Origin: Dimorphilus gyrociliatus
Lineage: Eukaryota; Animalia; Annelida
NCBI GenBank assembly: GCA_904063045.1
Contig: CAJFCJ010000007.1
Location: 2,983,404-3,047,403 of the forward strand
Length of the DNA stretch: 64,000 bases
Reading direction: 5' to 3'
In this document: in pieces, positions 14,401 through 26,045 of the stretch
Layout: each line of letters opens with the position of its first letter
Position numbering within the stretch: position 1 is the first letter of the stretch
The notes under the pieces: generated by a model
Seen by the model: only the letters and a program-made list of their open reading frames with translations
Told to the model about the DNA's origin: nothing
Database searches by the model: none
Translations under genes and position numbers: made by a program

Positions 14401-17400
14401 CAGCAACCCATGGAAACCTAATTAAGAAAAATATGATTTTCAATACTTTTGACAAAGACAATTCACGTTGTTCATCTCCAATCAAAAGCGGTTGGTGGCA
14501 TAGAGAGAATGAATGTTCATCATCTATTCTTACAGGACCTGAGTCTGTATGGCAAGTATTGAAAACGACATTTAATTCACAATATATCTTTAAAGTCGAA
14601 AAGTTTGTTATGAAAATGAAGTCATTATCTACCTGTAAAATCATAATTTTTTTATTATTTATACATAGAATTAAGATCTATGATTTATTAACAGATAATG
14701 TTGCTGTTCTAAAGAAGGCTTTTCAGAAAACCACCTATGGAGAGTATGAAGCTAAGCTTGCAGTTGATAGTATTAGAATATCAGATCCTAGTAAAAGATA
14801 TTGTGCAGTTGGAACTCCTACAGATTACCCTTGGTGGTACGTCGAATTGGGAAAGACGTTCACAATTGGTTCAGTTACGATAGTTACCAGCGGTAAATTT
14901 GCTACATTGTCCAAAATACCTTATTCATATACGTTTAATTCTAAAGTATTCTATGTCTTTTAATAGATGTCCATTCATTGTCAAAGTTCAAAATAGGCGT
15001 AGCTGAGGAATCGTTGAATGGCAATTTTAGTATTTCTAAATTTACTCTATGTAGATATTACACAGGAGTTATTTCTCGCAGTTCAACCAGAACCATAGAA
15101 TGCACCAATCCCTACCTGAAGGGAACTACATTAGCTATTTGGATGGTGGGAACTGATAAAACTTTAAGCCTGTGCGAAATTGAAGTATTACCAAAAAAAT
15201 TAGCAATATCTATAGGTAAATATGGTGATATTTGTGAATGGGATGGCGATTGTGTAGAGACGCTATCAACATGCATTCCTACTAGAGAACCTGATAGTTT
15301 TGATCCAGTGACATATACTTGTGGATGCCAAACGTTCACAGTAGTAGTTGATAAAAAATGTATACCTAGTACGTAAAACAAGAAAGTTATAATTATGACC
15401 ACAAGTGTAAATTAATTCATCTTTTCAGAGACTGATGTTGCAGTTACGAAAATAGCACTCTACAATTCAAAACAAGTCATTGTTCGAGATGAACCAATGG
15501 TTGAACCTTTTAAAATATATCTTAAAAGTGTTACGGGCAGATATATTGATAAAAAGAGCCTTCCAATGACTAATTTTAACTTGACGTATCTTATTCTTAC
15601 AAATTCAACAAACAACCATACATGGAAAATAAATTTGCCTGTTACATCTGTGCCAGGCTTGAATAAATATATTAAAACTCGAGGAATAACTACAATACAA
15701 GTTTCTGTAAATTATACATTACCAACTATAGACTGCAGTGAAGTTAAATATATTTGCACTGAAGTAGTGCCATCAAATTATGGCACATACATAGATTTAG
15801 AACAAGAAAACAATGCTTATTGTACAACAATGGAGCAAATGCTCATCTGTCAGCCTGGTTTGTAAAAGTTCCATTTTGTAAAATATGTTGAAAATGATTC
15901 TTATAAATATTTTCAATTATTAGATATTGACGTAGCTATAAGTGACATTCTGTGGAACTCTTCAGAGCCAATTTACAGAGATATTGAACAAAATAACTCC
16001 ATTATAATTTCTTTTCATAATTTGCCAACAAACAGTCACAGCGTTATTAAACTTGAAGGCGATAGGGTCAACTTTCAAATTGAATATCTTGTAACAAAAC
16101 ACAAACAAACGTTCAATAGTTCCTCTACTGGATGGAAGGAGTTTCAACTTGACTTACAAACTAAACAGCAAGGTCTTGCAGTTGGAAATACTCTAAATAT
16201 TTCGTCATCTTTCATTAGTAAACTTTCCAGAGAAGACTGCGAGGACAACATATATATTTGTATACGATTTATTCCATCTAATTCATCTAGTTTTAAAGGA
16301 AATAATACTGATAACGATATATTATGTCTTGATCTCAATCCACTAAAAAATTGTACTCCAGGTATTTCCTATACATGACTATAATATTTATTTTGCTGTA
16401 GAATTGAAAACTGTCGAATTTATTATAGAATAATTATTTCATTTTATGCACACAGCTATACAAATAAAACCGCAGATAGCGACTCCTCCGCAAACTATTA
16501 TCAGAGGCTATAATCAATCCTTTCGAACAACTTTTAATTGGACAAACATTGATAAACGATTCGAAGTTTCTACACTTCCAGCTAACAGAAACAATTTCCA
16601 AATAACACTATTTTTTTCTGATGTTGATAGAGAAAAAGAGGAGATAGGAAATTTTGAATTAGCAATAAAATCAATATCCGAAACAGCTAGTCTAAAATAT
16701 AAAGAAAGTTTGAATTTTGAATTTCTAGGCGTCTTGCTAATTCAAAGAGATCAATGCGAAAATGTTAAATACCTGTGTGGTATGGTAGTGCCTGCACAAG
16801 ATTCATCATATTCTCTCTATAATAGTTCCATTCCATATTCTTGTTCCGACCTAAGGGATATTATCAATTGTATTGGTCTAAAAATAGAAAATTTAACATT
16901 TACTCTAGAATATAATAGCCTTATGGAAGGGACATACAGTAACTTTTCAATATTCTGGGATAAGGGAACAGATGTGAATTTTAATGTTAGTTATGGTGAT
17001 GGAATAATAAAAACATGGAATTGGTTTATTGAAGGTCATATTCAATCATTTTTATCTATTGATAAATATTTTCTAACTTATCTGTATGAAAGATATGGTT
17101 TATACAACGTCAGCGTTACAGCATGGAATGACGTTGGACAAGAAACGCTCTGGCTGTTAAAAAATGTTGAGCCTATATTAAAGAATCATATTTTTATTAA
17201 AAATAGTTATGTACCTAACGAACCGCCTTTAGAAGTGTCTGTAGTTGTCGATTTTATCAATGAAAAAAACAACAAAACCAGAGATATTTATCTAACTTGT
17301 ATCATTGAAACTGGTCACAACTCTTCAGTTTCTACGACTGGAATTTTGAATTATTCACTACCTTTCTCAATTTATTACAACTATATCAAAGATTTATATC

Positions 17401-20400
17401 AAGCAGAAGCAATTGTTACTTGTAATAACTCAGTTTCCAATGTATCAACAACCAGTTTTTTCATGCTCCAGCAAAATATCTCGAATCTGACTATAGCCTA
17501 TGAAGCTGCAATTTGGCCAACATTCAAAAATTTATCACTAACTTTAACTCTTCAAAATGGAAGTGATGTTGAATATGATATATTTTTTGGTGACGGTACA
17601 AATGTTTCAGTAAAAACTCCAAGACTATTCGCTTATGAAGAACCATTAGTTGTAAATCATATGTATGAAATAGACGGTATCTATAGAACCGTTGCAATAG
17701 GCCGGAATAAATTCTTTAATACAACTAGTATCAGCGAAACTTCTGTTATAATTCAACATAAAATTATGAATGCATCATCTTCCCTTGTTTATGTTGAGCC
17801 AAGAAACGTTACACTTATTCTCCAACAGCTTTCTCCTCGTTTCCTTCCTACAAATGTTACTTGTAAAACAACTTTTGGTAACGATACTGAGGTCAATAGT
17901 ACTTTAGTCAATCTTCTTGATGGACTTTATGTGAACAACATCTACAGTAGAAGATATAATCAGAAGAGATTTAAGGATATAGTAGTTGATAGTAATTGTT
18001 CAAATTTAGTATCAAGCGCTTTCTTTTCCCTAAATTTAACTTTAAGGGAAGAGATAACTGGATTAAATGTTTCTTCCAATACCAATTTTACAGGTGTTAA
18101 TGAGACAATAGAATTCGTGGCATCAACTACAACTGGAGATAATGTTAATACATATCTAGATTACGGAGATAATTTATTAGACATTAAAGAGCATGAAAAC
18201 ATTTATAAACCGACTATGTTCAATCATTCTTATCGTTTAACAGGCAACTATACAGTTACATTAACCATTAATAATACTGTTAATGAATTAATATCAACTC
18301 TACCATGGCCAATGGTAATTCAATATCCTGTGAATGATGTTATTATAATTGGACCAAATGTAACTACACTTGATGTTCAACCATCTGAATTTACTATAAA
18401 AGTCAATTCACAAAATCAACCACCAAGTAGTCTATTTTGTTCGATAAATATTTTCGGAGATGATAACAATTCCACAGAGAATTATCAATATGAACCAGAT
18501 CTATCTATTACAAAATCAATTAAATTAATCTATGATTATACTAGAAAAGACGCTGGTCGAATATTAATGACCCAAATTATTTGCAGAAACTTGATCAGTT
18601 CTGCGGCTACCTCTCATAATATTAGCGTATATGAAAAGCTGAGCGTAATCGATATGGTTTATAATACATCTGTTATAAAATTAGAAAATTTAACATTAAA
18701 CGTTCTTGCTGAGAATGGTTCATCTGTAACTTATACTGTTTCCTTTGGAAATTTCTCTACTATGGTTAAGGCACACCCTAAAGTTTATGCTAGCGCTGAA
18801 CCCTTTATTATTCAGTTTCCTTTTCCTGAAATTGGTATTTTTACTATTAAAGTTAAAGCAGAGAATTTTGTGAGTAAATTGGAAACTTTTGGGGAGATAA
18901 TAGTACAAAATAGAATAGATAACATTGGATTAATAGGTAATAAATCCGTTCTATGGATTCCTGGCATAATTCAATATGAGCTTGTTTCAATGAACAATCA
19001 AGGACTTCTAACTGATGTCAACTGCTCATTTTCATTCAGTAACGGAATGACTAGAGAAGAATTTATACCTATATGGAAACCATTACAATCTCTCTATTAT
19101 TATCATACATTTCCAAAATCAGCAATTGGAATTCTAAATACTACAGTTATTTGTAATAATCTAGTTTCTTCAATGACTGTTAATACTTCAACAGAAATTA
19201 TTTTGGATGCTGTCATTCTTGATTCTATGAGGAGTAATGGTACAGTCTTTTTTAAGAATGTATCAACAATTATTACGGAAGTTAAGAGAATGGGAACAAA
19301 TTCTTGCTTTATATTCGATTTAGGTGACGATTCTGCAACAAAAATGTCTTTTGGAGTGAACGATGTTTGTCAGGAATACTCCGATTTCAGATCAATTCCC
19401 TTTACGCAAATCTCATACGATCAACAGTATATAATTGTTGAACACACTTATGATAAATTTGCTGAATTTAATGTAACTGTTAGAGCATTTAATTCTATAA
19501 CTGAAGAAAACCGATGGGTTATAGCAAAAGTTATTGATTGGCTTTGTTTTATTCCAAATGCAACAATCCCAGAGATATTTATGGATATAAGTAATCCTCA
19601 AGAAGTACCTAAAGGATTAAACACTGAAATACCTGTTAATATCACTCAAGATTGTATGAAAACAACCGTCGTAGTGTATGATTGGAAAACCTATATCTTA
19701 CCGTCGGAATCTCTTGTCTACTCATTTTCCAATAAGTCGTTTACTTTCCCGCCAAGGACTTTAGATTTTGGATTGTATCGTATTGATTATACCATACACA
19801 TGCTTAATCTTGAACATCTAAGGAGCAGCTATAAAATTTATATTCAGATAGTTCCAAGCCCTCTTCAAGTATTTTTTGTTCAAGGGAAAGAAACTATAGC
19901 AAAATACGATACCATTCTAACTCTAGATGCAATTTCCTTAACATTTGATCCAGATAATAATCCTAACGAAAAATTAAAAGGACTATCATTTTCAATGTAT
20001 TGCCGACAAGCGCATGAAACGTTACCAAATTCAGATAAATATACGGATGAAACTCTAAATAATATACCTACCTTAGAAGAATTTCACAAAAAGGGTGGAT
20101 GTTTCGGTAAAGGACCTGGTAGAGTTAAAGAAGATTCTATGGGAGTTAGAAAATTCAACACTTACTACATGCTACCAAATAGAACCTATATTGTAACTGT
20201 TAAAGTAGTATCCGAATACGCTAATCGAGAGAAGATTGTTGAACATAAAATTAAACTTTTACCACCAAGTCCTCCCGTTTTAAAGCTCACATGCTTGAAA
20301 AATTGTGGTGAAAAAATAGCTCTCTCATCAGATTTCATAATGAAAGTTGAATGTCTATCAAAATGCTCTGGCTTATATTGGACAAAACGTTATCTCTGGA

Positions 20401-23400
20401 AACTATACGAAAGACATGATGATGGAAACTTCAAAGAAGTTGACGATCTACGTTCTAAGACCACTGATGAATTGAACATAGATTCAATTAACATTGGTAA
20501 AGGGAAAATGACTCACGGAAAAATGCATAGCTTAATTGTTGAAGGAGTTTTAGAAGGTGTAGGAGAAACTGGAAGAGAAAATTATACTTTCATAGTTAAT
20601 AAACCACCCTACGGTGGTAAATGTGACTGTATGCCTAGAAGTGGTTTTGCTGGTGAAACACGTTTTGCCATAAGTTGTTTAAACTGGAAAGAATTTGATA
20701 GAACGTCCGATACAATGAATTTAAAATATCAATATCGAGCTAAACCAAAAGGAGCAAGTTTGAAATTCCTTCTTCATTTCTCTATCAAACAAGAAATTGT
20801 TTACTTAATGTTGCCTGTTGGCGATGAAGTTAACCAAACTACCGTGATCATTATATCAGTAATAGATTCTGTTGGTGATATTTATGATTTTCTTTTTGAC
20901 GTCCACGTTGAACCACCACCAATTCCAGTGGATAGAATACTCGCAATGTCCAATGATCTTGTAGATGGCAAACAACTACAAGATGACTTGAAAAATGGAT
21001 CATTCAGCCAAGTAGCTTCAGTTGTTTATTCTGTTACATCAATTTTAAATGCCAAACTCAATGATACAAAAAGCGTTTCTTTACCAAAGGAGAAAAAGCT
21101 TGAAAATGCTTGCAATCAGACAAAAGAAAAACTAAAGGTACAAACTTTAAACTATTATTACATCTAAATAGACTTTTGAAAATAACCAATCTTTGATTTA
21201 AGATCCGACAGAAATTGATGAAAGTTGCATTAAAAATTCCATATGAATCCACTGATGAACTTCAGCAGAATAATGGTCTAGTAAGCACGCTAATGTTAAA
21301 GTCAGATGAAGTATCTTTAAAATCTCAGGTTTGAACAAGATTGAAACCTTTCATATACTCCTTATATCATCGCTTTGATTTCTATACTTTTAACAGGAAG
21401 ATGCTAGTGATCAATTATTAAAATTAAATACCGCATTGAACAACAATAGAGAGCAATCCAAAGAACTTATTAATGAAATCTCTATAAGTAATATCAGTTT
21501 TTTTTGTAATTGTGTTGTCATTTAAAACACTAATTTGACATTATTTCTTAAATTATATAGGCCTTGTTGGAACATGTATCAGAATGACATTGGCAGCTAA
21601 TTCCGTGAATAAACAGGTTCAGCAAGCTATTCAATCATCAAAGAAGTCTAATGGAACAGCTACCTGTATAACTATAGATGATAATGGCAACATTACGGAC
21701 AGCAGTGACAACACTGAAACATCGTCTAACAGTTCGACAGCTATTAGTGGTACACAGAGTAAATTGAAGACTGTTATGGAGAAGACAATAAACGTTATAC
21801 ATAACGTTTCCGACGAATTGTTAAATGATAAACCCGTTGGGGAATCGCCAACGAAAGTAGAGTTCGACGAAATGAGTATTGAAATTGAACGTGCGGAAGG
21901 CAGAAAGATGAAGAATGCTAGCTATTCTTCATCGTTAGGAACATTAGAAATGAACTCAGTTAATATTGATAACGATACATGCTTCACTAGAACTCTGATT
22001 ATGTCAGAGATCAATCCGTATATGTGGGATAAAACATCATCCGACGTTACATCAAGCGTTACAGAATTTGTTATCCGTCCTTGTAATGTAACAATAAAGG
22101 ATGGAACGAGAAAAAAGCGAAGTATCAAAGATAACATTGAAGCAAATTTTTCATTAACTTTAAAATTGACAAACAAAGCAGACCAGGAAGGCCAATTAAT
22201 TAATACGACAAAAAAATCTGTTATTCATACTTTCAATATAACTCAGGATATACATCCAATACAATTATCTTTCGATTTAAAAGATAGCCCACAATTATCA
22301 GTATTAATAGGATTTGAAACTCGTCCAACTGATAGCATAAATAATGGCTCCTTTACAATTCCAAATACTAATAAGACATGTACAACTGCAATGGATGAAG
22401 ACTATTGCAGTGAATATCAGAGGACAATTATGTTTAAATCTCAAAAAAATCAAACTGTATTTCTAGTAGTTTCGAATGGAGACTGCTCGAATTGTTCAAC
22501 AGAACTTTTAAGCTATAAACTAATGATATTCAATACTTCTTGTAAAACTTGGGATGGGTCTGCTTGGAAGCTTGATAAAAGTTGCAAAGTTGAAGAAGGA
22601 AGCACTGCAACAAAAGCGAAATTTACAAGTAACTTATTCGGAAGCTTAGCTGCTGGATTAGATGTTGCTCCAAATTTAATAGATTTTGATACTGTTTTTG
22701 ATGATTTCGCTAGTAAATTAGCGGATAATGCCGCAGTTTTTGGAACGGTTTTGGCTATCCTTGTATTATTTATTCCATTTGCCGCTTTAGCTAGGAGAAT
22801 GGATAAAAAGGATGCAAAGTTGTGGGTACCAATGCCATTATTGGATGATTTCGAAGATGATAAGTTCGATTATGAAATTCATATAATGACTGGCAATAAA
22901 ACAGGAGCAGAAACAAATTCTCAAGTTCATTTTACGATTTATGGAACTGAATGTGATACAGGACGGAGGAAGCTAGAATCGTCAACAGTAAGAACTTTCC
23001 CTAAAGCTAGTACAAGATCATTTACTATGAAAACTTGCCATGACCTTGGAATGTTGGTTTGTATAAAAATATGGATAGAAGAGATGCCCTTCATTTCGAA
23101 AAAATATGATCCTTGGTTTTTATCAAGAATTGTTGTTATTGATAAGAACTCTAAAAAGTGGTACAGTTTTGAATGCGATCAATGGCTGTCGGATGAACAT
23201 GATGATTTCGAAACGGAAAGAATTCTAATAGCAACTCACGGGGAAAATAAACAAGGAATGAGTGATTTGTTTAAGAAGAATATTAGTAGAAGACTAACTG
23301 ATGACCATTTATGGGTATCGGTTGGAGCCAGAAGGACAAAGTCTAATTTTACAAGACTTCAAAGATTGGTTGTTTGTCTGGATGCTCTATTTTTGGCGAT

Positions 23401-25812
23401 GATTGCCAGTTGTATGTTCTATAGAGGTCAAGATTCTTCGAAAGCTCAAGCAAGTGGACTTAAATTTGGTCCATTCACGTTTACTATAAATGAACTTTAT
23501 GTTGGATTTGTCAGTTGTCTTATTGCATTTCCTGGTTTGATTATGATTACTCTCTTATTCAATGCAAAGAAGTATCGCAAAGTAACTGTCCCTTTTGGGT
23601 GGATTCTCTCGATTCTAGCCGCATTAGTATCAGCATTCTTTACAATCCTCTATTCAATTCAATGGGGAAAAGAAAAATCGTTACAATGGCTCTTATCTTT
23701 CTTCTTATCATTCCTTCAAAGTGTTGTATTAGTTCAACCCATCAAAGTGTTTCTGGTAGTTTTTTTTATAACATTCCTATTTAAAAAAGATGCTAGCTAC
23801 GAAGATTACGAAAATGATATCGGAGAAATGAACAAACTACAGGCGGAAAACTTGAATCATCTTCCTCCAGGTAAGACGAACATTAATTGAAAACATGCGT
23901 TTGCATTAATAATTATTCTCGTATAGAATTGAATATTCAAGAAAGATTGAGATCTTCAGCAAAACAAACAAGTGAAATGAAACGTAAGCAAATGCTAGAG
24001 GATAAAATGAACAACATGATCAAGAACATCATCTTACACGTAATATTCCTGATTTTAGTTATATTCATATGCTATAGCAATCAAGATCCAATGTTCTATT
24101 ATCAAAATAAGTCTATTTATAAAAGTCTACTAGATCCTAAAATTGTTAAGAGTCATGATAATCTATGGAAATGGTTAGAAACATCGGTAGTTCCTAATAT
24201 GTATCCAACAGCATATTATAACTCCAAAAGTAGAACTAAATACGATCTGAAATTTACAAAGGAATTAAATCATATGAGATTCTCCTCTGTTCGATTACGT
24301 CAGCAACGAATTGTTAGTCGAACTTGTAAGATTGATAGTAGATTAAAAGTACTGCTTAAAAATTTTGAGTGTGTAGATAGTATAAAAGAAGAGTATAATT
24401 ATTCACTTGGTTGGACGGCATATAATTCTTCAAATTCACACTCAGCATTCGCATTTTCAAACGAGAACGATGGTTATTCAATATCATTAGGTTTAAATGC
24501 CGAAGAAGCTCTACAAATAATTAAGAAGCTGAAAAAATACGGATGGACAGATCGATTTACACGTTTGATTACTCTAGATGTAACAATTATGAACCATGAA
24601 ACTGTTTCCCAAGCTATGTGGAAATTTGAAAGAAAGCGAACAGGAGGAATATGGGGCTCAGTTCGATGCGATTCTCTCAGATTATATAGATATACAGGTG
24701 CTCTGGGATTGACAACTTTAATCATTGAAATTCTATCCTGCGTATTTTTCATAATTCTACTAATTAGAACGATATATCGCTTCCTAAAATTTAATCAGTT
24801 ACCTGGAATGCTATTAGCCTTATCTTTAGTATGCTTTTTAATTGCAATAGCACTTTATGTCTGGAGAACGATAATTGGCGTGAAAGCTGTTGAAACTGTT
24901 ATGAATTCTAGAGAAAAATACACCGACTTATCAACCTTCTTCAATGCGCATGAATATTTTATGATATTCATTGGATTTAGCGCATATTTTGGCCAACTTC
25001 ACGTTTTAAGTCTATTAAAAGTTTCAAGAACTATATCAATTCTTATAATGACATTATATAAGTCCAGATACGAATTATCGGCAATCGGCTTTTGTTGCGT
25101 AATCTTATTCTTGGCATACGCAATATCTGGATATATCTTGTTAGGACCAAACACATATAAATATAGTACATTTAAGATTACTTGTTACGCTCTGGTTGAA
25201 ACCGTATTTGGACATTTATCGTTTAAAGAGCTGTCAACCTCGGCAGGAGTTGTTGGAAAATTATTTATCGTATCCTATGGACTATTAATGTTATATTTAA
25301 TATTGAACGTGTTTATTACGACGCTTAATGAATTTTTAGCGGCTGTTAAAGGTGATCCAAAAGTTTTACCGCCAGATCATAAGGTATTCGAATATATGAC
25401 AACTATAGTTAAAGACGTATTTAAGAAGAATAAATCAGACAACCCATCAAAGATATCTAAACCGGCCAAACAAACTAACTTTAAAGGTAATAAATTATAT
25501 AAAAACTCATCTATCATTGTAAAATTACATATACACATAAAGAGATGTTGGATATAAATTTAAATAACGCACTTTGTCTTTTTGACAGCCTTGGCAGATA
25601 GAGTTGAAGATCTCCAAACGATTGTATTCTGTTTAAATCATCATGCGCAATTAGACATTATGGTAAAAATTTTTGAACAGTGTAAAAATAATGAAGATAT
25701 ATTAGGAGATGAAAAATTGTTTCCATGTGAATTTGATGAGGAAGCATTAGAAGAGGAATTATTAAAAATATTGGACGATGTCTCTACAGCAGTGACTAAA
25801 CAGACTGATTAG
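5444..25812 (+). CDS. PKD1-like: Giant polycystin-1-like receptor, about 6,106 aa, 33 exons: signal peptide, [CTL-PAN-FA58C x3] x3, CTL-PAN-FA58C, fibrinogen-related domain, F-type lectin, Cys-rich EB/EGF-like module, 3 unknown repeats, about 9 PKD repeats, REJ, GAIN/GPS, PLAT, 11 TM, coiled coil
   Basis: ATG at 5444 encodes signal peptide MIKIVLFLILLELSLGN. All 32 GT-AG introns I traced (52-102 nt, 2,048 nt total) join in matching phase. The spliced length is 18,321 nt = 6,107 codons including the TAG at 25810-25812. Confidence 0.88.
5554..14085 (+). repeat. Internal tandem repeat of a CTL-PAN-(FA58C)n supra-module; units start at about 5554, 7900, 10280 and 12827
   Basis: Four CTL starts (CKDGWIRHLDKCY, CPPNTMNYLDSCY, CPPGSARHLDKCY, CPPSYYLFGKKCF). 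Each is followed by a PAN domain (C..eC...C.[AGS]f.[FYW]) and discoidin domains (LGM.SG.I.D.Q.T.S; ARYVRIY; LRLEFFGC). Confidence 0.8.
14100..14634 (+). other. Fibrinogen-related (FReD) domain within the giant polycystin
   Basis: WFKSWYDYTNGF...ELWAGNYHISKLT...VRFDM...AEF...F.TFDKDN..C....SGWW...C. Confidence 0.8.
14695..15195 (+). other. F-type (fucolectin-like) domain within the giant polycystin
   Basis: NVAVLKKAFQKTTY...AKLAVD...YCA...PWWYVELG...VTI...LSLCEIEV. Confidence 0.75.
15429..16880 (+). repeat. Three tandem copies of an unrecognised domain of about 140 aa
   Basis: Shared NF.[LI].[YL] and C..[VN].Y[IL]C...[VI]P......[YF].......[YC].......C. Copies 1 and 2 are single phase-1/phase-1 exons (15429-15857, 15924-16361). 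Confidence 0.7.
16880..21137 (+). other. PKD-like beta-sandwich repeats (about 9) followed by a REJ module
   Basis: G.DV.[FY]...[YF]GDG motifs with V.A.N.V ends. REJ hallmarks: LTLDAISLTFDPD, FSMYCRQ, GGCFGKGPG, PPYGGKCDCMPRSGFAGETRFAISCLNW. Confidence 0.85.
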
Positions 25813-26045
25813 TAATTAAAATCTCTATAAAATACTTTTGTTAATGTTATAGTTGTCTTTTTTATGTTAAATCTCTTATGTTGCATTTAATTTGACAGTA
25901 TATCGTTCAAAATAATCTTTTAATGTATGTTTACTTCTAATAGTTTTAAGGCAATATATTGAAAGCTAAATAAATAAAAGCGTCAATTCGATATTACGTC
26001 ACTGGAATTTATATTTGTTTCTTTTTTCTACCACGGACTTCACAT

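Noticed and set aside
5444-16455. Treating the lectin-rich ORFs as one or more separate secreted genes upstream of a REJ gene
   Set aside because: Every ORF end coincides with a GT donor and a phase-matched AG acceptor 52-94 nt away. No terminal exon or second signal peptide appears before 16456.
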